A model generated the notes under the pieces. It saw only the letters and a program-made list of their open reading frames with translations. It had not been told where the DNA came from and searched no databases. A stretch of 49,494 nucleotides of DNA, filler included, from Bipalium vagum (lineage: Eukaryota), in assembly GCA_037834085.1 (NCBI GenBank). It is 3 parts of 3 records of this genome, joined end to end, with 100 filler letters (N's around TTAATTAATTAA, not from the genome) between each part and the next. Parts side by side here need not be neighbours in the genome. Positions count along the whole stretch, not along the records: positions 1 to 16,825 come from JBBMKC010091934.1; positions 16,926 to 32,615 come from JBBMKC010151357.1; 1 more part is not named here. One strand, written 5' to 3'. Below, one piece after another: positions 11,283 through 24,931 of the stretch. Within the stretch, counting starts at the first letter, position 1. Each line of letters begins with the position of its first letter. The translations under genes were made by a program, and so were the position numbers.

Positions 11283-13900
11283 AATGGTTGCATCAATTTC
11301 AAATCTTATAAAAAATTTTTTCCCATAAGATCTGTAACAGGTCTTTCGTAATATGAGCATTTCTCCTGTGAATTAATTCGGTTAGGCAATCAGTTATGGT
11401 GGTCTGTGAGCTTTCCGAAATGCGCATCTACCAAAGATTGTTCTGTTGATCTGGTTAATTGAAAATCAGCAAGGATACTATATAATGTGTTTTGCATCAA
11501 ACTACCAATTGAAGATCTAACAGTGTTTTCTTGGCGATTATTAAAGATCTAATTGCATATTTTCATGCAAAAAAGAATTAATAAAAATTATTGGGCTCAC
11601 ATTGGTTTTCTGCAATTTTTACATTTAGTTTTAATAGTTCATGGTGAATATAATATCTTTTATATCATAATATTCAGAGGGTATAACTTTTCAAGATAAT
11701 TGTGCTTTGATGTCTGCTCTAAATCAAACAATGATTTCTATCATTTTGGATTATTAAAGTCAATACTTTCATATGAACCGTAATAATTGTCTACAAAGAA
11801 CTCTTTCGTTGCAGTCTGCAAGTAAAGACACTGTTATACTTAATAAATTACTGATTGGATCCTCAGAACATTTTGGTTTCTTTCTCATAATGGATGTAAC
11901 CGTTTGTAAATTTTTGATCTAAGAGTCCAGTTCTTAGTAAATTCGTTCTACAACATACATTGACATCTTCAAACTTTTGGTTTGTCTAATTTTTGTTAAT
12001 TAAATATGTCGACAGATTTGAATTTTTGAAAAAACATTTACAGTTTGAAGAAAATGTAACTTTATTATCACAAGTATCTATTAAACTTCTATTTCATTCA
12101 CGTAATATTTTAATCTAATCAAAACACTTCAAAATCAATTTTTATTCAAATCTAAAATACGAGCATTCTTAAATTATTATTTAAAGGAACCCATAAAATT
12201 GGATAATATTTAGGAGACGCAAAAAGCAACTTCTTAAAAAACATATTATTCCAGAAAGAGTATGACATTTTATGATCAATATTTACTTTAAATATTCACC
12301 GTGACACAAAATCATGCTGTCAAGTTCGTGTCTCGAACAACTCACAAGTCAGCTTGCATAAATGTCTGCTTTCCCAAGAACTATTCCGGGAACATTTTAT
12401 TTCGAGCACGGATTTGAATGTTTTCATTTTTTTGACTCCAAATTCCAAAATATATCACATTGATACCAGGATAGTGAGGTAGTTGTGTATTGCAGATATC
12501 TTAAATAATTTTTCTTTATATTATCGTAAACTTTATAATTTATTTTGATTAAATGATTATTATAATTACCTTAACAAAGTCTATTCATCCAGATTTGAGA
12601 AAAGTGAGAACCAGGTTTAATAAACATAAATATTTTAATTTCTAACATTCCAATATTATTTATTATTTATAGTATTGAACGATGGAAAACCTCTTTATAG
12701 ACAATGAAAGCTTTATTCCAAAAATATTTCTTCAAATATGACCATTAATATTCATTTTCTTAAAATTGTAACTATGAACACGGTTAAATAAAAAAAATAT
12801 TTTAATTATTAAAAATTGGGGAAATCACAACCGAGTTGAATTTCTTTGTACAGTGGACTTCGGTTAATAAGATGTTTTCGGGATTTCCAAAAATCATCGT
12901 GATAAGCGATATATCGTATTAACAGAAATGTAATTATTTCATTTAGATGACATGTATTATTCAATAAGAAGAAATAAATGAAAAAATCGATTTTCAAACA
13001 TTTATTAATTAAAATTCCTCGATATCTAGTTTGACTTGAAAAAATCCGATATTGATAGTTGTTTAATACAGCATTGTTTATTGAAGATTCCATCTTCAAT
13101 TATATAAGTTAGTTCCATTTCTACACTAAGATTGTTTTGTTGAAGGTATTGGCGACTTACCACATTGTCAGAGTTACCACATTACAAGGTACATTTTCAT
13201 CTTTAATGGAATCATCTATCTAAACGGTTTTATATTTTATATGAATACTACTGTACCAGGTTTTTGTTTTGTTTTAATAGAGTAAATTATAGTAAAAATT
13301 ATGCCAAATTCATTTTTGTAGAGGCTTTTTTTTATATATTTTTATTATTTTATTAAAAATGGATGGCTAATATAATTTAAATTTGAAAATTATTAAAGTC
13401 AGGTTCACAGAAATATATATATAATTTTAAGATCAAGATTGTTTAAATGAACAGTTCAATTTACTTATTACTGAACTATTAAATAAATAAAATAATATAA
13501 ATCCCCATTTTCTGCAGATCAATCAATTTCCGAAAGTGCTTGAAACAGATTTTTCAGCAATTTCCGGAATCTAATCCAATTAATGACTAAATTCCTGTCG
13601 TGATAAGAAAGTTTCTCTATTTCCAATTATTTGTTGTTTTAATTATAATTATCTTCAAAATAAATCTGCTTTATTTACGATCAGCAATATTAGCAATTAT
13701 AAAATATCAAATCTCTGTGATTACATCCTCAATTTTCTCTGAAAGCTGTGTAAGATGAGTCTTCGTTTTGCAGAAATTATACATTTCCCCTTTTCTAAAT
13801 TATTCCCTTACACATTTAAACAACCATTTTTAATTAAAGATATACAAGTCGCAGATTGTTAATTTTAATGCTTCAGCATTTCAGAGTATTTCTATTCCTG
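11283..13900 (-). pseudogene. Decayed intron-containing KDZ (Kyakuja-Dileera-Zisupton)-like transposase, copy A
   Basis: Exon-like blocks broken by stops and frameshifts give, in order, IIEDGIFNKQCC, KEIQLGCDFP, SITVSLLADC..YGSYESI, LVDAHF and INSQEK. This resembles the KDZ motif order. Confidence 0.35.
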
Positions 13901-14004
13901 CTTTTTATAAATGTGACTATAAATAATTACCAAAAGATATTATTATTTTTTATTTCATTTTCAATATTAACCATTTCTAAAAATAACAAAAATAAAAGCA
14001 GTGA

Positions 14005-15770
14005 TTTATTTCAAATCAAAGATATGGTTGTCATTGTCACGGGGAAGTTTTTAAATGTTTGTCTCTGCTCTGGCTAAGTATCTTTTACAGATATTATGGG
14101 TATAAATGATCGTCCTTGCTGCACATTTTTCCATAATTGAATTAATTTCTGCTATTTTAAATCAAAATGCTCCGAGTGTTTGGTAGTTTGATGGGATCCA
14201 CGAACCCCTGGCTCCGATTATAAATGTTCTGATATCATAGTACCATGCTCTTCCGATTTCGGATTGAACTTCGTCCAACAAAGTCTGATATTTTTGCTTG
14301 TTTGCTTCGTCATTGCCCTTGATAGAAATCTTTGATTCAAAGAGGATCTTGACGTCTATTATTAGGTATATTTTAAGCCTCTTATTCACTAATTGTATAT
14401 CAGGAATTAAGTTTTTTCCTGAAAAAATTCCTTTCTTTTCAATGTGCATTTCCCATTCCTTTTTAAGTGTGGACAACAAATCAACTAAGATATTGTGCAC
14501 ATCATTGCTTCTTTTTCGTACCATAGGCATTATGTAGATACAGCTGCAAAAGGAATGTGAGGAAGTTTCTTCTTTTCAATAGCAATTTCTATAGTTGCCG
14601 GCTTTATTCAATTTTTTATTTGTTGGTAAATCATTAGTCAGATACTTTTGAATAAAGTACCATTCATCTGTACTGCACAGGTGCCCGCTCATCAGTTTTT
14701 TGTTTAGGCGACCAGTTAGGACAATTGTTTTTGCTAGGATTTCAGCGCTGCACAAGTTAACCCAATTCTCAAACATCTTTTCCCAGATTTCCTCATGTAA
14801 GAACAGACATAGAAGGTGAGCTGCGAATTTGTCAAAGATTGTGATTTTTTTCCAGCTTTGATGATTGTATTGATTTCGCTGTTGTTGTTCAGTTGAAAGG
14901 CTATATTGATATCGTCACTGATTCATAGGTATGATGAGGGTTTCGCTCAATTTTAAACCCCCTATCTATATCCAAGTATCTGTACCATTCACCATCCTTA
15001 GTATTGGGTAAAGGGCTGCCGTTGATGGTTATCTGTCCGATTTTCTTCTTAGAGAGATTTAAGAACGCGCATTTAGAAGCGTTTAATGTCATACCTGACC
15101 ACTGGATAACATTAATCACATCAGTCACCATGTTTTGCAAATCTCCAATTTTGTTGGCAACGACGGCTAAGTCATCAGCGTAAGAAAGTACTGCAAATTC
15201 CAACTGAGGGAATTTTCTATAGTTTTCTATCAAAACCATATTTATCGTTATATTAAACTATAACATAGATAATGGTCAGCCCTGCCTTATCCTCCTCTTC
15301 ACTTCTATAGGGTCTGTAGAAATGGTCTCGCAGAAAACTTTGGTTGGGCAATTTTGATATAAGTCTTCGATTATTTGTCGTGCATTCTCACCAACTCTGT
15401 GTCTTTCTAATATGTCTAATATAACTCTGACCGGCACACTTCCGAATGCATCTGCAATATCAATGAAACAAATAAAAAGATCCTCTTTCTTTAATTTAAA
15501 TTCCTCGATTTTTAGAGCAGCGTGAAGTTTTGTTCGGAACAGTCTTCAAAGTGCCCTAATGATTTTTGATTTTTGTGCATCAGCTTCTCTTCCAAAACCC
15601 AATCCTCTAACTGTTTGCAAATAATTGGTGTATAGAGCTTGTAGTTCGTATTTAGAAGGACAATCGGATACCAAGCATTGAATTTTGAGTAATCGTCTTT
15701 GTTCAAGTCTGCCCATGTTATGATCAATGCACAATGTTCTTGATTCCTAGTAGGAGAAATTAACAAAGTA
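14005..15770 (-). mobile_element. 5'-truncated, decayed RLE-type non-LTR retrotransposon (R2 group, NeSL/Utopia-like)
   Basis: RT motifs FIDIADAFGSV, IRQG*PLS and LSYADDL. C-terminal zinc-knuckle remnant, PDIQLV...IIDVK endonuclease motif and IGARGSWIPSN. Confidence 0.9.
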
Positions 15771-16825
15771 CTGAGAAAAGCTTTAATATAGAATTTGAAA
15801 CGATAAACTTCCCTTTGTCCCGTTTATGATGTATCACATGAGATTTTTAAAGCACACAATTTCAAAGCGACAATACTTTTCCCTCAACCTATTATTTTGT
15901 ACTTTTTAGTTGAAATAGGATATTTGAAAAACTTTTAAGTTTCTATGGTTGTTGGAAAACGAGTTTTTACTCAAAATCACAATTTAGTGATAATAAGAAA
16001 AACTACAGAGTTTTATCATTTAAAACTGGGTACCTGTCAATACTTTTCTTGGAAAATAGGAAGATGGTTTGCCAGATTTTTTTATGCTGATACGATAGTG
16101 TATCTAGTCTTGACTGCATCGCATATCACTGCTCTTTCTTTAAAAAGATGAGATTAAAAAAGTAAAGAAAACAATGGATTCTTTATTAAAACCAGTAAAA
16201 TATTCGTTAAAGCAATGAATAGAATATTCATAAAAATGGTTTTGTTACCATTTTCCTCTATCGAAATATGTAATTTTTAGCTCTATAACTTGTTCATCAA
16301 ATCTATATTACTCAGAAAATGTATCCCTTGTTGAATCTAAATTACTCCTATAAATAATCAAATAAATAATAAAAACATTAAGATAAAATATCTGAATAAT
16401 GAACGGAAAAGTTATTTATTCTTCATTATTTTAATAATAAATATTACGATAAATAAAAAAATATATTTAGATTCTCCGAGTCAAAACAGTGTAGAAACCT
16501 TCTGAGTATTAAGTTACCTCTTAATTATGAAATGAAATAAAATTCTAATTCTAGTATATCACTTTCTTTAATTTATAACATGTACGTAGATTTCACAAAT
16601 AATAATCTGCAGAGTATAAATTCTCATTTATTTTTTGAAGAATAATTATATTTTTAATACATAAAATTATTATAAAAAGTCAATCAACCGAAAGTTACTT
16701 TGATAAAGAGATTTCAATGATCAAACGGCTAAATATTTCTTAAACAGCTCATTTCTTTTGGTAGCTCCCGTGAGAAGTATGTAATGCAAATTCACTTTAG
16801 TTAATAATATTTTTCTCAATCTTTT

Positions 16826-16925
16826 NNNNNNNNNNNNNNNNNNNNNNNNNNNNNNNNNNNNNNNNNNNNTTAATTAATTAANNNNNNNNNNNNNNNNNNN
16901 NNNNNNNNNNNNNNNNNNNNNNNNN
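16826..16925. other. Assembly gap with TTAATTAATTAA linker (16870-16881)
   Basis: 100-nt block of N surrounding a six-frame stop linker. Confidence 0.97.
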
Positions 16926-16949
16926 ATAGTTTAGAAATTTTTTAATTTA

Positions 16950-18100
16950 TTAACAATTATTTAGAATTTTAGGGTGCTTTTTACTTTTTTCCATGAGTAT
17001 ATATATATGACCCCCAAGAGTACTACATCTCTTTCTCTAAATCTAATGAAAACTGAAATTATAATATTATAATTTAATGAATAAATTGAATTTAGGCAGA
17101 CAAAATATGACCTTAAAATATCAGGCACCTGGTTTATTTATTAACCTCTAAATTCTTTTACATAATATGAGTATATTCTATTATTTATATCTTTTGCAAA
17201 TGTACAGGATTTATAGGATTTAAACCGATAATATGAAATATTAACTTAAATTCTTAAGCTTTTTATATTATCTTGAATAAAAAAACTTTTATTTTCTTAA
17301 AAATCACATTATTTTTCTCTAAAAGCAATAAATATATAAAATAGTTTATTATGAATATTAAATAATTGTAAATTTGACCTGTTCCTTCTGTTAAATTTCT
17401 TTCTTCACGATGTCAATAAAAAATTAATATATTTATAGATTTCTCATTTTCAATTATTTTTAATTCAGTATCTGGATTTACGGTTAATTCTGCAATAAAC
17501 AATTTTAAATCTACCAATTTTAATTTAACATCTCCCATTGTTCCAAAAAATATTTCTTTATTCATATCAAATTTTATTGTAAATTTAACTTCTCCCTGTA
17601 TGTTATAAAAAATTATATTAAACAATTATAAAAATCCAAATATTAATTTTAATGAAAACTCTCATACAAATATATTTTGAGAATATAACAGTTTTCTAGT
17701 TTTAGATCCCTTATTATATTTATTTAATCATGTTTAATTTTGTCTGGTATTCGACCAAATATTTCTCCTTCATTATTTTTCAAATAATACATATTTTATC
17801 AGAGAATGTGAAGTTTCTAATTTTTCTGTTGCTTAAACTTTGTTGAACCTAATTTTAAATTGTGTTTGAAAAAAAAGGCTTTGTAAAGAAATATTTTCTT
17901 TTGGTGTCATATTCTTTATTTTTATTTCGAAAACTAATAAATCTTAAGCATTTAACGTTTGTAATAAAGAGAAAGTTAAATTTCCATTTTTATTTTAATT
18001 CGTTGCCGTTGTTAGCTTTAAAGAAACCGTTGTATGATTGCACTTTTTTTGTTTTCAAATCTTAAAAAAAATTTTTAACAACAATTTTAAATTATTTAAT
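16950..18100 (-). pseudogene. Decayed Maverick/Polinton (adintovirus)-type major capsid protein gene
   Basis: Minus-strand fragments NGFFKANNGNEL, NKGSKTRK...FSLKLIFGF and GEVKFTIK...KLKLVDLKLFIAELTVNPDTELKII resemble conserved blocks of Maverick double-jelly-roll capsids. Many stops. Confidence 0.55.
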
Positions 18101-18679
18101 AAAATAAATTAGTATAATATCTTTTAAAAGGTAGATTTTAGTATTTTTAAATCTTCAAAATTAATAAAAAAATATTTATATTTTCCTTCATGTGATAATT
18201 TTATAAAATAGCAAAATAATCTATTTCTATAAAATAATTTATAATCAATTCAATTTATTTTATTAAAATATTTTAATATTTTAAACTTGTTCGAGGTGAA
18301 TTATAAAACTAATTTTTCATTATTAAAATCTAATAATTCAATTTAATCAACTATTTAAAATGTAATCTATTTTTATATTTATTAAATGAAATAAAAAATT
18401 AACGAACGGAAACAGAGGTTTTGGTTAACGAGCTTAATAAACCACTTAATTTAAGTTTATTTTAGTTAAATTTATTTTAAAAAAGCACCTGAATATCCAC
18501 GATTGGTTCTATGGTTAAGTAATTTTAAGTTTATTTTTAATATTAAGTTTAATTTTTGGTTTAATTTAAGTTTATTTTAAAAAAAATAATTTTTGAATTG
18601 TGATTTTAAAATTGTGAAAACATGTTAGAGTGTTGAATTTGAATTTTAAATTTTTTATATTTTACAGAAAATAATCGAA

Positions 18680-19460
18680 GAATGCAGTTATTACTATTGT
18701 AAATGCCATTGAAACAGATATTAGAAATGACCAATTTGTAGGGTTTGATGTGATAAATAACTTAGGTTTTTTAATAATCTAAAAATTTCGAGAAGTCTTT
18801 CCATTAACTTTGTATATATTAAATTCAATAAATTTAATTATTATAGATATATTTATGTAAAAAATAAGTAATTAAATAATTAGTTTTAAATATAATTTTT
18901 AAAAAATATAATTTGTATACTGATAAAGGTGCTTTATTTGATGAATTAAAACAAGCGTCAATAGATCCTTAATATTCAAGTTTGGTGGTAATTACATTAA
19001 TTATTATTTTTACCACTACTGATTTGGCCTCGGATCAATAATGAATCATCTCCTTTTGGTCTGATATTAAGAAATGAGTCTAAAATTCTTGGAAATTAAG
19101 ATAATTCAGATCTTATCATATCTATTTGAATTTCTATTTCTAAAATTTAAATAAATCTCACAGAATTATAATTTGAACTATTTGTATCTAAGATCAATAT
19201 TTAGATTCTTGTTTTTGTGTTAATATGATAATAATATCAGTAAAATAAAATATCCATAATAAATCCTTAAATTGGTAAATTTTCCTATCGACATTTGATT
19301 TTGTGAAAGGCGTAATTTTGTAGATTATAATTACGATCTGATGATCAAATTTCATAATACTAAGTGAGTTCAATTACCACTGTGGTGTTTAAAGGTGAGG
19401 TGGAATATGTTATTGGGTCCATGATGAAATTCGAGGTGGACGATGGGACTGGTCATTGAA
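18680..19460 (-). pseudogene. Decayed superfamily-3 helicase gene (parvovirus NS1/papillomavirus E1-like)
   Basis: Walker A-like SLLIRGQISSGK (19029-19009), then FNSSNKAPLS, then motif C-like KKPKLFITSN (18769-18743) about 80 codons after Walker A. Walker B is not recognisable. Confidence 0.5.
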
Positions 19461-19670
19461 TTTCCCTTGATATTTACGTACCATTTTGACAGAAAGACGC
19501 ATAATTTGAAGCAAGAGAACAAAATTGAAAAGAAAAAAACTAGAACAAAAAATTGGAGTTAAAACGAGCGAAAAACAAGACTGTGAACCAAAAGAGAACA
19601 ATAATTAGAGTTAAGTGGAAGAGAACAAAACCGAGAAAAATTACAAAAAAGAACATACTCAGTGATATTA

Positions 19671-20901
19671 CAGGGTTTAACACACCACTTAGCTTTCCTA
19701 ACATTACATTTCGTTATTTAAAAATTTGATTTTATTTTTATAACATTAAATTTTGTAATTTTAATATTTTATTTAGTTTTTTAACTTAAGATTTTTCTAA
19801 CAAAAAACACCAATATTCTTAATTAAATTCAACAAAATCAATTTCAATCCATAATTGTCAGCTAAGAAAACACATTGCAATAAAATCCAGCACAGTCTTC
19901 AGTGGTTATGAAAAGAGACGAATAGTCAATAACCCTAAAAAGTTGCTCCCCATTTTGTGGCGGAAAGAGTAAGGTGGAAAGAATAATAGTTAAATATTTT
20001 CCAAATCAAATTTATCCCTAATTATTTTTAATTTATGGAAGGGAACATTGTCCATAATCACTAGGGCTCTAGCAATGTTTTGTGATTTTTTAATATACCC
20101 AACTAAATTATCTATGAAATCGGCAAATGTTGAGGTTCTGAAGGCTGTTGTCTGACATGAATATTTAACTATGTCATTTTTAGTCATCGAACAGCACACA
20201 GAAATATTTCTGGTTCTGATACCAGGTACTATATGAACTGCTGGTGTACCAGCTAATGGTCTTCTTTTTTGTTCTCATCAACACGTTGAATGCGACCTCT
20301 TCGACGAAGAATATATTGGATTCATCAATTTTGGAAAGATGGTCTAGAAATTTCACTGCATAATCGAATCCAGGGATATATTTTTCAAGGTACACGCGAA
20401 CGAATCAATATACCTGTGCACAGTTTGTTCAGATACTGTTATTTGATAATTATCAAAAAGGCGATTTTTCAATTCCTTAAGAATTCCAAAGTTTTCATTT
20501 ATACATTCTTGTATATATAATAAATTTTAAAATATTCCACATGGTCAGGAAACAAAGATTTCTTTGTCTTTCCACCCTTTAACCTCTTTTTATACCTATC
20601 TTCTTTTACATAAATTGATATAATAGTTCTTTATTTACAACCCAAAAGGTCTGTTATTTGTTTCCTGGAATGACCCCTTATAAAACTCTGTATAATATAT
20701 TTCCGTATTTCATTTGAAATTGATGCCATTCTTGTCTAAAATTAAAATAGAACTAAACTAAGAATAAATGTTAAAGTTACAAAATTTAATGTTAGGATAT
20801 CTAATTTAATTTTAAAATATACGAAATTTTGTGTTATAAAAAAAATTATAAATTTAGCATACTACAATTTAATTTTAAACTAAATGACGTGTTAACCCCT
20901 G
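19671..20901 (-). mobile_element. Decayed IS630/Tc1-type DNA transposon
   Basis: TA-flanked TIRs CAGGG(T/G)TTAACAC. Transposase remnants run from ATG 20729 (MASISNEIRKYII) and include IFFVEEVAFN and VIMDNVPFHK. Frameshifted. Confidence 0.88.
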
Positions 20902-21349
20902 TATTAAGTGATTTTTTTAGTGAATAAATTGATTCGAACGAACCTTTATTTTTCAATTTTGAGTCAGGATAAAATTTAGTTGGTTAATATTTATTTAAAT
21001 ATTGACATTATTTAAAAAATTTCAAGTTAGGGTTCTCCCTTTGATATTTTGAAGAATGTTATGGTTTTCTTAAACCATTTTATACATACAAAGAATATAA
21101 ATATTTTCAACTACATTTGTTTTTAAATTTTAAAGGCATTATTAACTTTTTAGTGAAAATTGATTTTTTTTATTATTAAAATTGTATATTGACAACTGAT
21201 TAAAATTAAATTTTCAAATATCTTTTAGAGGAACTCAATAAAATTAAATTAACCAGTGTCTATAGACAAGATTGTAAATTTAACAAATAACTTAAAAATC
21301 TCAGAAACTTATATTAAACATACAAAAAATTTCTAAACAAATAAAATTA

Positions 21350-22850
21350 TCTAAATTCAACACACATTTGCACATTATTTGCGTAGTTCAGATATCTTTT
21401 AATTCAGAATCTTTTCAAATTTAAATCGATTATTCTTAGATCATGGAACAAGATTGTTCATAAATCTTTTAACTGAAGACAAAAATGTCTTGTAAAATAT
21501 AACATATGATTGGAGATATTATGCATAAATTAATTACATTTCCGAGCACAGAGAATGTTTATCCATTTTCTTGAAAACAAATATTGATTCAACTGAAGAG
21601 AACTTGATTTTTTATTGAAAAATGAAAATAATTTTCATCGACTAAAATTTTTGGAACAAGTCGGTTAAAAATGGAATACATAATCAATCACTCAATAAAA
21701 ATGACCAGAATTTCTGAAAACCTAAATCAGATTTACATTACTGCACAGAAGACAAAACCATGGTTTATTTTTCACGAAGATAATATTTTGGTAGTACAAA
21801 TCACAAACTGTTGATCTCAAATCTATTTTTTCTTTAAAACCTTATCAAACCAATCCCTGTAAAGAAATCAAAAACCATATATAAAATGTTAATTATCCCT
21901 CCATCTGCAAAAAAATTAAAATAATTTACGTTGGTATGAGAATAACACCACTGCTCCACTTTTTCTGACAAAATATCACTGAAGCTGACGTGGAATTTCG
22001 TCGATACTTTTCTGTTAAAGAGCATTGAATTTGATATTCGGATGCTTTACTCGAAGTAGTCTAAAGTATTCGATGACTGATTTGAAAAATTATTTTTAAA
22101 TGGATTTTTTATTCAGCTTTTCATTCTTGTCTATTCATAATTTGAAATTATTTTTCTAAACAAATCAGTCAATGCAGAAATTTGAAAACTGGTCCTTGAG
22201 TATCAATATCTTCAAAAATAAAATATCGATTTATAAAAAAATATGTAATCATACTTAATACTTTTTATTTCACTTTTCTAACTCTACAGAGTGATTGATA
22301 AATATGTATACGAGCTTAAAACAAAAATAATCAACTAATTTTAAACCGAATTTATTAATCAAAACGTTTTTTGTACAAAAACTATGCAAATAAAAAATGC
22401 CTATCAACAAATTTAAGTAATAATATATTAAAATTAATCAGTTTGCATTCCTTGGACATCCATAGATTTCTGTAATATTGGCATTAAAGATCTGTAAACT
22501 TTCTGAAAAAGATCTACTGGAATCAAACTGATTTCTCCATAGGGTTTTCCAGACATTTATAAAATATTTATATTTTTCCAATGATTTATCTACAATGATA
22601 AATGAAAAGATTTATGTTCATTGACAAATTGATTAATTTTTATTTTTTTAAATGCGTATACATATTTATGAAAAACTCTATTATTGGGAATAATGAAATT
22701 TCTTAGACAAACCGAAATTCGCGCTAGAATATTAGCAAAAGCAAGCCTATCAAAAAGCACTAAATGGAATAAATTGATCAAATTCTTGATTGAAAAAAAA
22801 GATTTAGTTTATTCATCTGAATTTTTTTCATTTTCTCAGTGTATTATGCG
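21350..22850 (-). pseudogene. Decayed intron-containing KDZ-like transposase, copy B
   Basis: Exon-like blocks give KKWSSGVILI..DGGII, KILVDENYFHF and G*TFSVLG (compare EQxFSWL), collinear with copy A. Confidence 0.33.
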
Positions 22851-23123
22851 CATAATAATAAATAAAAATATTGAACTTATCAATTTTAAAAATTTCATTT
22901 AGAAAAACAAAAACCAATTTTTAAATAAGAGAAGCTAAAGTCTAAACAAAATTATTTTTGCAATCATCATCTTGTTATTTTTTGTTTAAATATTTAATAA
23001 AATTGAGTAATTAATGTAAATTTTTATTATAAATAATTTCGGTCATTTTATACCTATTTCTCACATTTAAAACGAATTAAAAGTTCAATCATAGAAAAAT
23101 TGAGTTATTTTTCAGGAAATCTA

Positions 23124-23658
23124 ACGTAGATACTCGAATATAAGTCGATCTGGAAAAAATGGGAAATTCTGTGAAAAACCGTATGACTCTTATATAAGTC
23201 GAGGTAAAAATATATGCCTGCTTATTAGTCATATGGTCTGAATAGAAGTCGTCATCATCCGATTCGTCATAATCTTCGGCAGAGGTGGTGTCATCTATCC
23301 AGAGAATGTCGACTTCAGTTCCGTCCATCTTGTTTGTTATCCCGGTCTTCTTGAAGCTGTATGAGATGGGGGCGTCTATCTTCTCACAGGCTGTTTTGGT
23401 CCACCCAGTGACTGTCAAGAGGTCTGGTCGTTTCAGGTTTCCAGCTTTGGTGGTCTGCGCTTGTCCACTGGACATCCACGATGTCCATTGGTCTCGTACA
23501 CGAAACATAAATGATAACCAGTATTCAATTATGAACACAACGTGATACATTGCATAAATACAGCCATTACATTGGTTAAAACTGCTATGTCTCTTATATA
23601 AGTCGACCCCATTTTCCATCAAATTTTATAGAAAAAAACCTCGAATTATATTCTACGG
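23124..23658 (-). mobile_element. Internally deleted pogo-family element
   Basis: TA-flanked ends ACGTAGATACTCGAATATAAGTCGA / ..TTATATTCTACGG with internal TATAAGTCGA repeats. ORF 23089-23622 contains TKAGNLKRPD...SFKKTGITNKMDGTEVDILW, a pogo DDE C-terminus. Confidence 0.85.
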
Positions 23659-24220
23659 TAATCATCAAGCCATTTTTAACACTTCCATAAATCAATGTTT
23701 TTGCTATCAAACTTTTATTTGACTACAAGTTTACGATAATCAAATAATAACAATCTGGATCATTTAGTGAAAATAAGTCTTACATTTAACAGAACATATT
23801 TTAGATTTTGATAATTTATCCCTTTATAAGAACATAATAACTTATAAAATATTTGAGTCTCTCTAACATCTCATAAAACAGTTTCTCAATTTTTAATTTT
23901 ATTAACATATTCAAATCTTTTATGTGTGTATTTATTTTAAAACCAGTTTAGATATTTTTATCGATTTCACTTATTAACTTAATTAAACTTCATAAAAATA
24001 AGCCAAGAACATGTTTCGTTAACGATTATATAATGTAGAAAATGAATAAACAAGATAGGTTTGATTGATAGAAAAGAGGTAAACAATGAATGTCAATACT
24101 ACTCCAACTGAGAGAAACGAAAAAAATATCGTAGGTTTAAAGATTCGAATGACATTTATTACAAGGATTCTTAAGACTTCCTTATTAAGATCTTATTAAT
24201 AAGAAATGTCATGAAAAGTA

Positions 24221-24931
24221 AGGTGTGTATAATTGATTCCTAGAATTTTACTACTGCTTTCATTGTACCATGTATGCATATGCATGTATAAGATATATTT
24301 TAATAGCATATTTAAAGGCTAATATGGTACATAAAAATATCGAATTTATAATGATCAATATATACTTGCAGAGTGAAAAAGCCGATGCCATAAAGTGATA
24401 CGGCAAACAAAATTCTAGATTCACTTGTTCACCTCTGCAAGAAAGACAGACTTCAGCCTTTGCGCAGTAGTGGACATAGCCTGTCGGGTGCATACAAGGT
24501 GTTGAAGAAATTCGATACATTTGAAAGCACGTCTGATGACAGAAAGGAAAATGAGGCCCAGTATAAGATCGATGGAACACCTGCTAGCGGACTTGTACGC
24601 AGTTACAACAATGCCACCCACAAAAGCCTCGGTAAAACTGCCAAAAATTAAATATCTGCGAGTCTCAAACACACTGGAGAGATATGGCGTGATGTGCCAC
24701 AAGATGAAAACTGCACCTATGTATAATTCAGCTAAGAAAGGAGAGATCAAAAAGACTCTGGGCCGATTTCATAGAGAGCATCTTACGATGAGGATTGATG
24801 TTTTGCCTTTCATCATTATAGATGATGACACATACATCACCGAAAATGATGAAAGTTTTCTAGTAGAACTTTTTATGCTAAAGACATCAACACTACTATA
24901 AAAAAATTCTTTGAATTAATTATACACACCT
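24221..24931 (+). mobile_element. Internally deleted Tc1/mariner-superfamily element
   Basis: TA-flanked ~30-bp TIRs AGGTGTGTATAATT(G/A)ATTC. ORF 24521-24901 has KTAPMYN...FIIIDDDTY (first catalytic Asp region) and then breaks off. Confidence 0.8.

Noticed and set aside
11063-11360. Four ORFs spanning the first gap
   Set aside because: Open only because of N bases.
11365-11400. In-frame TGA at a plausible Trp position, suggesting recoding
   Set aside because: The same region has TAA/TAG stops and frameshifts, and the host genes read normally in the standard code; explained by pseudogene decay.
16870-16881. TTAATTAATTAA inside N runs (also 32660-32671)
   Set aside because: Identical six-frame stop linker centred in 100-nt gaps; an assembly artefact, not biology.
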